Assembly (NCBI GenBank): GCA_030390025.1
Contig: CM059438.1
Coordinates: forward strand, 56,174,001-56,238,000
DNA length: 64,000 nucleotides
Source: Squalus acanthias
Lineage: Eukaryota
Reading direction: 5' to 3'
The position numbers and the translations under genes were made by a program. The notes under the pieces were generated by a model. That model was given only the letters and a program-made list of their open reading frames with translations, was not told where the DNA came from and did not search any database. The stretch's first letter is position 1. Every line of letters starts with the position of its first letter. This document shows, one piece after another, positions 36,872-46,505 of the stretch.

Positions 36872-37130
36872 CTCACCTCTACGGAACGTACATCTGCCAA
36901 TTGGACATACTAATTACATATTGTTTCGCTAATTGCATGACAATGTAGCTATCATTCTTTTAATTTCTGTCCAATTTAAAATAAGGCAAAACATTGTCCT
37001 GGGGATGACTTAGAGGAATTTTAATGCTCTTGTAAATCTCGTGAAACTAATGTTGTTTAATGTACTATTGTAACCTTATTTGAAAAATTGACCAAACCCT
37101 GCCCTTGATGCTTGAGCTGATTTTCTGGTC

Positions 37131-37139
37131 AAGAGGGGG
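37131..37139 (+). promoter_or_regulatory. Polypurine tract
   Basis: AAGAGGGGG directly abutting the TG of the 3' LTR. Confidence 0.85.
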
Positions 37140-38147
37140 TGTAAAGGAATAAACTATATAACCTTTTTAGAAAAATACACTATCTTATGAAAGAATTCTG
37201 GCCTTGTTGAGATAAGACAGTTGTTGACTCTAAATAAATAACCTTATTAAAACAGAAGAATGGGTGGCTCCGAATGGGTGGCCTTGTTGGAACAGAACAA
37301 TGGACAACCCTGGGTAAATGATTAAACCTCTTAAAGATGACACATGAGATAAGGGACATCTGCCCTTCACACCTATATGGTAAACTCCCAATAACTATTG
37401 CTGATGTGGCAGAAAGAATTGCAGAGGTCAGCAGAAAGATGAATCGTGATAATTAACTTGGATCAGCAGAAATTTTATGGAATACAACTGAAAAAGGGTA
37501 TAAATATTGAAGTCTCAAATGGGATATCAGACTCGCTTTCATCGGGCAAAGCGATTCTCGACTACAGAGGTGGCTCTGTAGTCTTTCACTCTTTGTACCT
37601 CAGGGATCGAAGGTAATTTGATATTGATGGATATCCTGTATAAAAAATTTTAAGAACTGTAATACTGTAGCGAAGTTAAGATTTAAAAGTAAGATTCTCT
37701 GTTAAAAAGAAGATTGTATTTTTTCTCTTTTTAGAACTGTTAACGTTGCAATTGATTGATTCACCAACTGTAAATTGCATGTCGGTTCTTTTAATAAATC
37801 TCTGTATATTTTTAGAATTGTCTCACATAAGTTTTCTGTATCAATAACTCGTGAACTCAATCTCTGTACACTCTTTGGTGAAGAGGTACATTTCTGAAGG
37901 AGATTTCTGGACCCTCATAATATCCTGGATGTTACAGTCTGGCTAAACTTATTAAAAGTGCTATCTGGAGGACGGTAACATTCTTGGGTTGCTCCTTTCC
38001 TTTCGGTAGAGATAGACTGGACCATTAAACCCAGTTAAGCGTCTTTAGGATTCGGCTACCTCAACCTTTAGTTGAAAGTGAACATCTGAGAAATAAGCCT
38101 GATCCGGGGTAGCCCCAAAGGGGCTCGGACTAATAAATATAATTTCA
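37140..38147 (+). repeat. 3' LTR (1008 bp)
   Basis: TGTAAAGG...AATTTCA; TATAAA 37499-37504; AATAAA 37793-37798; about 4% different from the 5' LTR by manual count. Confidence 0.95.
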
Positions 38148-38226
38148 GGGGTACTGAGCCCAATGCACCTGTGGGTGGGGTACTGAGCCCAATGCACCTG
38201 TGGGTGGGGTACTGAGCCTGATGCAC
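38148..38226. repeat. 29-bp minisatellite, right of the provirus
   Basis: GGGGTACTGAGCCCAATGCACCTGTGGGT, about 2.7 copies. Confidence 0.9.
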
Positions 38227-38469
38227 CAAGAAGTTCAGGGTGTTTGATTCCCAGTCACAGTTGATTTACCTGATCTTAGCCGGAAGCTCCTGGGGGGTGG
38301 GTGGTGCTACAATTGGCCTCAGTGCCTTGAGCCGTGGTTTGTAAATACCTGCCAGGGTTCCCACTCCCAATCATTATCGAGTGACCCTTGCTGGAATGGT
38401 CATGTGTGTGTGGGCTTCGGGCAAAGACAGGAGTGATGCCTCTTGTGATTGAATAGCCTACAAACAGGC

Positions 38470-39370
38470 AGTGCCTGAGTTGCTTTCACCTAAGCTGCCT
38501 GAGATGACTGATGAAGGTCAGATGGTAAAAAACGATCCCTGACACCAAAGTTCTTCAAAAAGTTGGCATGCCGAGCAACAATGCTGCGATCACGAAGGCA
38601 TGGTGATGGTGGTCAGGTCAAGGCATGGCGATAGTGGTCAGGTCAAGGCATGGCGATGGTGGTCAGGTCAAGGCATGGCGATGGTGGTCAGGTCAAGGCA
38701 TGGCGATGGTGGTCAGGTCAAGGCATGGCGATGGTGGTCAGGTCAAGGCATGGCGATGGTGGTCAGGTCAAGGCATGGCGATGGTGGTCAGGTCAAGGCA
38801 TGGCGATGGTGGTCAGGTCAAGGCATGGCGATGGTGGTCAGGTCAAGGCATGGCGATGGTGGTCAGGTCAAGGCATGGCGATGGTGGTCAGGTCAAGGCA
38901 TGGCGATGGTGGTCAGGTCAAGGCATGGCGATGGTGGTCAGGTCAAGTGTTGCAAACATCTGATGATCAAGTCCGAAGATCTTTCATGGTGCATTGACAA
39001 CTGGGAAATGATTTCGTTGCGGACAGCAAAAGAGATATAAAGACCGCTTACAGCGACTCTGAAACAGGACGCGATCGACGCCTGTAAGGTGGAACAACTT
39101 GCTCAAATGAGAAAGCCCAGCGACGAACCCTCCATGAAGACACCTCCTACCATGAGGCCCGTCGCATTGCTGATGCTGAATGTAAACGCCAGCTGAGGAA
39201 GTCTCTCCTGAAAAATCAAGATTCCCAGCCTGGGGTATCCGGGATCCACTGTTCGGTCTGCGGACGCTCATTCCCAGCAGAAATCGGCCTCGTCAGTCAC
39301 CAGTGAACTCACTGCAGAAAATGAGCTGATATTCCAGCTGTCTTCGCCAGTATCGAAGGACAGACGATGG
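38470..39370 (+). mobile_element. Degraded 3' fragment of an RTE-clade LINE
   Basis: Reading through stops: LSCFHLSCLR*LMKVRW*KTIPDTKVLQKVGMPS..RWWSGQV..GQQKRYKD..CSVCGRSFPAEIGLVSHQ*TH, matching RTE motifs FHxxCLR, WxGHV, GGQRKRFKD and the C-terminal CxxC..IGLxSH finger. Confidence 0.75.
38596..38945. repeat. 25-bp minisatellite AGGCATGGCGATGGTGGTCAGGTCA x14
   Basis: Nearly perfect tandem copies (two point variants). Confidence 0.97.
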
Positions 39371-39575
39371 CCTGGGCTCACACATGAAGAATGGTCACTC
39401 GGGTGAGGTACAGGAGTGGTGTTGCATCCCATTAAACTTGTGCCCCTGCGAGAAAAAGTGCCTTCAGGACAGGAGAGAATTGGGAGGAAAACACACTGAC
39501 AAAACCTTGCAGGGAGTTGACTGCAGTTTTTAAAAGAGGAACTGATTGCTGGGAGTCTTTCTATGTCTGAGGTGT

Positions 39576-39746
39576 GATGTGGAGATGCCGGTGTTGGACT
39601 GGGGTGGACAAATGTGAGAAGTCGCACAACACCAGGTTATAGTCCAACAGCTTTATTTGACGAAGGAGCAGCCGCTCCGAAAGCTTGTGATTTCAAATAA
39701 AGCTGTTGGACTATAACCTGGTGTTGTGCGACTTCTCACATTTGTC
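39576..39746. mobile_element. Penelope-like terminal fragment: 54-bp perfect inverted repeat around a hammerhead-like core
   Basis: Arms 39607-39660 and 39693-39746; centre TGACGAAGGAGCAGCCGCTCCGAAAGCTT; flanking 12-bp direct repeat TGTCTGAGGTGT (39564-39575, 39743-39754). Confidence 0.75.
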
Positions 39747-40349
39747 TGAGGTGTAATCTTACTAATTAGCTTTCCAGCACAGAGATGGGCCCCAAGTGAT
39801 ATGAAAGGTTTGGGTTTGTTGTAAGGGCACGGGATAGTACTGTAGGCGAAATCGTAACAAATCTGACTGTACGGGGTTAATTCCACGACCACACAGAGAT
39901 ACTCCAACAAACTGATATCTGAACTGAAAGAGACAGTGATAACATTTCTTTAGAAACTCCCTGTCATGTTGACAATGGTCCGAGTGGATAACAGAGAGGG
40001 CCGCTCTGGAGACAAGCTTCCTTTGATTATATGAACCTTCTCTTATTATTCTTTTCAGCAAAAGAATGGTACAAGATGAAAAGGTGTTAAAGGTGTCATC
40101 TGTTTTGGAGCTTGAATAGCCGTTTTATTAATCAGGAGCAAGAAATAGGGGCCCCAACAAACAGTTGGTTGTAGAGCCTGCCCTAATTGAGATAATGAAT
40201 GCCTGACAGCCAAACATTTGGAAGAGTTTTTAGAGTTTCAAGTGGAACCTATTCATTGACCAATTGACCTTGAAGAGATGCTGCTGGAGTCGAATCAAAA
40301 GGCCCATCTTGCTTCCTCAGCTCATGTGATTTGGCTCCACTGTTGGCTC

Positions 40350-40510
40350 TCATTCCATTGTTGTTTGTGGGATCTTGCTATGAGCAAATTGGCCGCCATG
40401 TTTGTCCCCATAACAAGTCACTGTACTTCAAAAGGAAGGAAGTGAAATGATTTGAGATGAGTCTGAGAGCTGCGTTAAGGCCCTGTATAAATGAATAATT
40501 AAACCTTCCT
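40350..40510 (+). mobile_element. Old SINE 3' part (DeuSINE/SacSINE1-like)
   Basis: CATTGTTGTTTGTGGGATCTTGCTATGAGCAAATTGGCCGCCATGTTT...ACTTCAAAA...TATAAATG, recognised from memory only. Confidence 0.45.
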
Positions 40511-40885
40511 TCTCTCACTGTCCAACTGAGCACAAGGTACCTTCATCTTTAGAATAAATTAAATGACCAAGAGTTATGGAGGTGTTTCTACAACTATTCA
40601 TTGAAACTCCAGCGGTGTTGTGGAATGATTGACATGTCAGGTTGTCTTCTTTGACCTGGAAGCTGCACCTTACGATTCAAGAGATGTGGAAAGGAAGGAT
40701 AGTTTCAACAGCAGCAGATTGGGATTGTCAGGAGACAAGGGGGAAGTATCTGAGTATTCGAAGTGTGTAGTAGAGCAATCGTTAATTAACTCAGTGAGAA
40801 GACATGGTAATCTAATGGTTCTGGTCCGAGACTAGTAACCTAGAGCACGTGAGTTTTAGTTACCGTAATAGACTTAGAGAACTGA

Positions 40886-43687
40886 GGGGGTGATTTCCCC
40901 GGATACTTTAGGTGCTAAGGAGCGTCTGAGGTGAAATGCCAGATTAAGCTGAAATGGCGGATCAGCCCAGGTTTAGCGCAAGACTCCATCTTGGTAAAGG
41001 AGTTGAAGCTTGCGCTAGGAACGGCCACCGTTAGGGAGGATCGTTAAAGGGCTGATTGCCACTTAAATTGCCTGCTGGCGTTCATTAACGAGGCTGCACA
41101 GCATTTTGGTGGATAGCGCTTGACCTAACGCCCTCTCCTAACAGTGACCAGATAATTGGGAGTAAACTGGTCCTTGCTGAGGATTTCGAGCGCAACTTAA
41201 AGGTTCACACACTGCTGGAGGTTTGAAGAGGACTTTGGAGACACATCGGGACACTTTGTCAAGATTCACCAAAACTTCATCAACATTTATTTTATTCGAT
41301 CTCGGGATGTGGGCGTCGCTGGCAAGGCCAGCATTTATTGCCCATCCCTAATTGCCTTGAGAAGGTGGTGGTGAGCCGCCTTCTTGAACCGCTGCAGTCC
41401 GTGTGGTGAAGGTGCTCCCACAGAGCTGTTAGGGAGGGAGTTCCAGGATTTTGACCCAGCGATGATGAAGGATCGGCGATATAATTCTAAGTCAGGATGG
41501 TGTGTGACTTGGAGGGGAACTTGGAGGTGGTGGTGTTCCCATGCGCCTGCTGCCCTTGTCCTTCTAGGTGGAAGAGGTCGCGGGTTTGGGAGGTGCTGCC
41601 GAAGAAACCTTGGCGAGTTGCTGCAGTGCATCTTGTAGATGGTACACACTGCAGCCACGGTACGACGGTGGTGGAGGGAGTGAATGTTTAAGGTGGTGGA
41701 TGGAGTGCCAATCAAGCGGGCTGCTTTGTCCTGGATGGTGTCGAGCTTCTTGAGTGTTGTTGGAGCTGCACTCATCCAGGCAAGTGGACAGTATTCCATC
41801 ACACTCCTTACTTGTGCCTTGTAGACGGTGGAAAGGCTTTGGGTAATCAGGAGGTGAGACACTCATCACAGAATACCCAGCCTCTGACCTGCTCTTGTAG
41901 CCACAGTATTTATGTGGCTGGTCCAGTTAAGTTTCTGGTCAATGGTGACCCCCAGGATGTTGATGGTGGGAGATTTGGCGATGGTAATGCCATTGAATGT
42001 CAAGGGGTGGTGTTTAGACTATCGCTTGTTGGAGATAGTTATTGCCTGACACTTCTGTGATGCGAATGTTACCTGCCACTTATCAGCCCAAGCCTGAATG
42101 CCATCCAGGTCATGTTGCATGCGGGCATGGACTGCTTCATTATCTGAGGAGTTGTGAATGGAACTGCAATCATCAGCGAACATCCCCACTTCTGACCTTA
42201 TGATGGAGGGAAGGTCATTGATGAAGCAGCTGAAGATGGTTGGGCCTAGAGGAACTCCGGCAGCGATGTCCTGGGGCTGAGATGATTGGCCTCCAACAAC
42301 CACAACCATCTTCCTTTGTGCTAGGTATGACTCCAGCCAGTGGAGAGTTTGCCTCCCGATTCCCATTTACTTCAGTTTTACTAGGGCTCCTTGATGCCAG
42401 ACTTGGTCAAATGCTGCCTTGATGTCAAGGGCAGTCACTCTCACCTCACCTCTGGAATTCAGCTCCTTTGTCCATGTTTGGACCAAGGATGTAATGAGGT
42501 CGGGAGCCGAGTGGTCTTGGCGGAACCCAAACTGGGCATCAGTGAGCAGGTTATTGGTGAGTAAGTGCCGCTTGATAGCACTGTCGATGACACCTTCAAT
42601 CACTTTGCTGATGATTGAGAGTAGACTGATGGGGTGGTAACTGGCCGGGTTGGATTTGTCCTGCTTTTTGTGGACAGGACATAGCTGGGCAGTTTTCCAC
42701 ATTGTCGGGTAGATGCCAGTGTTGTAGCTGTATTGGAACAGCCTGGCTAGAGGCGCGGCTAGTTCTGGAGCACAAGTCTTCAGCACGATAGCCGGGATGT
42801 TGTCAGGGCCCATAGCCTTTGCTGTATCCAGTGCGCTCAGCCGTTTCTTGATATCACGTGGAGTGAATCGAATTGGCTGAAGACTGGCTTCTGTGATGGT
42901 GGGGACCTCAGGAGGAGGCCGATATGGATCATCCACTCGGCACTTCTGGCTGAAGATGGTTGCAAACGCTTCCGCCTTGTCTTTGGCACTCGCGTGCTGG
43001 GCTCCACCATCATTGAGGATGGGGATATTCATGGAGCCTCCTCCTCCCGTTAGTTGTTTAATGGTCCACCACCATTCACGACTGGATGTGGCAGGACTGC
43101 AGAGCTTTGATCTGATCCGTTGATTGTGGGATCGCTTAGCCCTGTCTATAGCATGCTGCTTCTGCTTTTTAGTATGCATGTAATCCTGTGTTGCAGCTTC
43201 CCCAGGTTGGCACCTCATTTTTAGGTGCGCCTGGTGCTGCTCCCGGCATGCTCTTCTGCACTCCTTATTGAACCAGGGTTAGTCCCCTAGCTTGATGGCA
43301 ATGGCCGGGCCATGAGGTTACAGATTGTACAGGACATCCCACCTCCTCTGGACTTCCTCCACCAGGACCTCCAGTCTGAGAACATGTACGCCCACTCACT
43401 CGGTCCCTGACCCATCCTGAAACCTGCTGCTATCTGTCAGCCAGCCCACTCCACACCTTCAGTGGAAGTGGGTGTGTGGAGCCCACATACAGTGCTCCAC
43501 GAAAATATCGTCTAATCAGCGCTTGAATGCTAAACCTGCAGGTGTCTGTTTTAGCCTCCAGGCAAATTCAAATGATGGTAATCAGCAATTAGGACCAAAA
43601 TTGCAGCTAAAACTAGACTTTCAAACAGGCATGCCTCATTAGCACCCATTTAGCGCCTGTTTTCACACTTGCACCAAAATATCACCC
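40886..43687. mobile_element. TIR element (GGGGGTGATTT...AATATCACCC) inserted in an old CR1 remnant and itself interrupted by a LINE
   Basis: Flanks rejoin as GACTTAGAGAACTGAGTCTTTTTACTCTGGAAAAGTGGAGACTGCGGGGAGATCTGATTGAGGTC (RLRELSLFTLEKWRLRGDLIEV); ends resemble the other TIR elements; exact TSD ambiguous. Confidence 0.6.
41286..43327 (-). mobile_element. 5'-truncated non-LTR retrotransposon (CR1/L2 group, distinct family), RT region
   Basis: KAMGPDNIP, YHPISLLSIISKV, QFGFR, LDIKAAFDQV, MFADD, YKAQVRSVMEY; 3' end GGGCAATAAATGCTGGCC...GAATAAAATAAA. Confidence 0.9.
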
Positions 43688-43791
43688 TCAGTCTTTTTAC
43701 TCTGGAAAAGTGGAGACTGCGGGGAGATCTGATTGAGGTCTTTGAAGGCACTCAATTGCCATGGGGATAGATTATTGGAGTTATTCATTGA

Positions 43792-43983
43792 GAATTCCCT
43801 CCCTAAACCTCTCCGCCTCTCTACCTCTCTTTCCTCCTTTAAGATGCTCCTTAAAACCTACATCACCTACCCTTATACCTCCTCATGTGGCTCGGTGTCA
43901 AATTTTGTTTGATAACGTTCCTGTGTAGCACTTTGGGACGTTTTACTATGTTAAAGGCGCTATATAAATGCAGATTGTTGTTG
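43792..43983 (+). mobile_element. L2-like LINE 3' tail
   Basis: AATTCCCTCCCTAAACCTCTCC...TCCTTTAAGATGCTCCTTAAAACC...AAAGGCGCTATATAAATGCAGATTGTTGTTG; related copy inverted at ~45397-45606. Confidence 0.6.
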
Positions 43984-44070
43984 GTAGCTTAGGGAGGACC
44001 AGGGACAAAACCGAAGAACTAGATTAGATGGCAAGAAGTTGTTTTTTGTATTTCATATTTCAAAAAGAAC

Positions 44071-44220
44071 ATAGAGGCACTGCAGAAAATGCAAAAAGGA
44101 TTTACTGGGATGGTATCAGAACTGAGAGCTCATAACTATCAGGAAAGATTGATCAGGCTGGGGCTGACGGGTGACCTGATCGAGGTCTTTAAGATAATGA
44201 AAGGGTTTGATAGGGGAGGC
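44071..44220 (+). mobile_element. Small degraded CR1 fragment
   Basis: Reads IEALQKMQKGFTGMVSELRAHNYQERLIRLGL..GDLIEVFKIMKGFDR. Confidence 0.65.
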
Positions 44221-45396
44221 GTGTGAGCCCAGACAGTGAGTGTTGTGTTACTCACAGCCGAGTCCAATCAATTAGGAAACAGGCCGACCATGGCCTGCCT
44301 GAGATGAGCTGGCTCAGCAAACAGTGGCAGTGAACCCAGGGCTTTCCGATCACTAGGGCTCAATTCCACATTGTTTTTACCAAATGAGGGAAAGGAAGGG
44401 GGCAAATGATGTCGTGTATTCTCTGCCTGTCTAAGGCGATGGTGTGTCAGGTAGTGAGAGGCAGGGTGTGGATGATTCTCCCCTGCCCTGTTACGGGAAG
44501 CAGCATTAGACTGTTAGACAGCAGGGCTTTACTGCAGCAGCCCCATTCTGCTGTGTCGATCCCACTGTCAGAATTACTCCAGGCCTCTTTTCCCCATTGT
44601 TTCCACAAATTGCTTCTCCTGCAGGAGTTGGCCTTTCCCGGTCTCCGGCTGCCCGGGTTCCACCTGCCATTCTTCACATCTGCACCTAGACAGTGATAGT
44701 CGGCCGCCCGGGAATGGCATCATTGCGAGTGCGATCCTGTCCTCGCTGGTCACTGGACAGTGGTCAGGATCAGAAAGGCAGGCCCAGTAATGCTTTCACT
44801 GCCGCTGCACCACATCACCAGGCCGAGGAGGGAGCAGGGGCTTTCTGGTGTGTAGCACTGAGTACCACAACTGCAGGACAGCACAGAGCTATTGCCTTTC
44901 TGTTATTGTATTTAATATTAGCCTGGTTCTCCACATGATACCCTCCTCAGATTCCTTCCATTTAAGAACATTGGATAAGAACTAATCAAAGAACTGGAAA
45001 GACTATGACTGCCTTAACCCTCAAGTGACAATAGAAAACCACACCACCATACAAAGCCCAACCAACAACCGGGCCATTCAGCCCACCAGCCAATGCCACC
45101 TCTTCATCTGGAACTGTCAGCTGTAATCCCTGCCCTCTCCCCGTGTCCTTTCATATTCTTACTTTCCAAATCCTTATCCGGTTCCTTGTTAGATATTGCT
45201 TCAGTCTCTGCCTCAATAACCATTTCTGATCAAACATTCCATGTTCTAACAATTCTGTGTACGAAAAACCTTCTTCTAACTTCCCCCATCATTATTCTAG
45301 TGCTAATCCTCAATCTATGTTCCCGATTCATTAACCAGTCGGAACAAACTTTCACTATTTACTGTATAAAAACCTTTCAGAATTCAATCCCGTTTA

Positions 45397-45606
45397 ACAA
45401 CACTAACAGCTTGTATTTATACAGCGCCTTTAACACAGTAAAACCTGCCAGGGCGCTTCACAGCAGCGTTAAAAAACAGAATGGGACACTGAGCCACATA
45501 AGGAGATACTGGGACAGGTGACCAAAAGCCTGGTCAAAGAGGTGGGTTTTAAGGAATGTCTTAAAGGAGGAGAGCGAGAGGCGGAGAGGGTTCGGCAGGG
45601 AATTCC
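45397..45606 (-). mobile_element. L2-like LINE 3' tail
   Basis: Reverse-complement homologue of 43792-43983 (TTGTATTTATACAGCGCCTTTAAC...TTTTAAGGAATGTCTTAAAGGAGGAGAG...GGGAATTCC). Confidence 0.6.
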
Positions 45607-46505
45607 GGCTGGGGTTTAACACACATTTAGGGTACACATTTGACTGTGCAGCTAGTGTTTAACATATCCTCATAGTTTGTGGTTTTGTAGCCTGTTTAAG
45701 ATGTGTGTCAGAGAATTGACTTTTGACCTCTAGACAGGACAGTTTATTTCAATGCAGTACCACTTGAAACAATTGTAACTCTGAACTTTCTTTCCTACAG
45801 ATTTTATCATATTTTGCTTCTAAACTGACAACTTTATGACACACATTTTTCATTTTGAGGCTTGCCTTTATCTTTAACTGACGTGTTTCTAGGGGAGGAT
45901 TGACCTTCCGGGAATCTAACACTATCTTTAAATATTTGTGGTATCTGGCATTTGTTACTAATGTAATAATTACCCCCGGGCTCGATAAGGAGAAAAATAA
46001 CAAGACCAGATCATCCATCTGATTTATTATTTAAACACAAGCTTGACCTGCAGTAACCTAATAATAAGGCCAAAGCATGCATGTGACTAAAGGTACTCAC
46101 TCCCTGTGACACATTGCCTGCTGTCCTGTGCAGGGCTCCAGACTGCCTCACTATTCTTTGAGTGCGTATAGTGCATGCCCTTAAGCACCAGTTGCAAATC
46201 CCACTGAAATTTATCGCTGGAACTATTGACACGCTGACATTTTACCAGGGCTTCAGGTTAAAAATTCCTAGCTGCACAAAGCATGTCATAAACTCACACC
46301 ATCAGCTGCAGGATGGGCACTTGGGCCAACTGTATACACTGCTGACACGCCAGCATCCCACTATTCTTTTTGCAGAACAAGGCAGCCTATAACAGAAGGA
46401 ACACACCGAAGTTGGAGGACGGTGAGGCAACATTAAATCCTTGAGGCCTTCAAGAAGACTCTCCTCCCACTTAGAAGTTTGGGATTGGGAGTAGGTACTG
46501 AGTAT

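Larger units (their letters stand above)
29310..38147 (+). mobile_element. Endogenous foamy-virus-like provirus (LTR-gag-pol-short env-LTR), defective
   Basis: Two ~1-kb direct repeats with TG...CA ends; GGGG TSD (29306-29309, 38148-38151) whose removal restores a 29-bp unit; PBS and PPT present; RT DLANSFWSHPI, QYCWTRLPQGFQNSP, YVDDIYLSHD; IN DFIGPLPPS, HSDQG, TVSIDNLK; order PR-RT-RH-IN. Confidence 0.95.

Noticed and set aside
29310..38147. Ty3/Gypsy assignment for the LTR element
   Set aside because: Retroviral-type RNase H after a tether region, foamy-specific RT, IN and Gag motifs, a Lys-like PBS and an env-position furin ORF all favour a spuma-like retrovirus.
38227..38465. Possible ancient tRNA-derived SINE body following the 29-bp array (similar antisense piece ~44221-44370)
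   Set aside because: Looks familiar but is too degraded to show A/B boxes or boundaries.
45650..46100. Unique AT-rich stretch and 89-aa ORF as a host exon or conserved element (also ~40020-40300)
   Set aside because: No recognisable protein motif or convincing splice structure; needs cross-species alignment.
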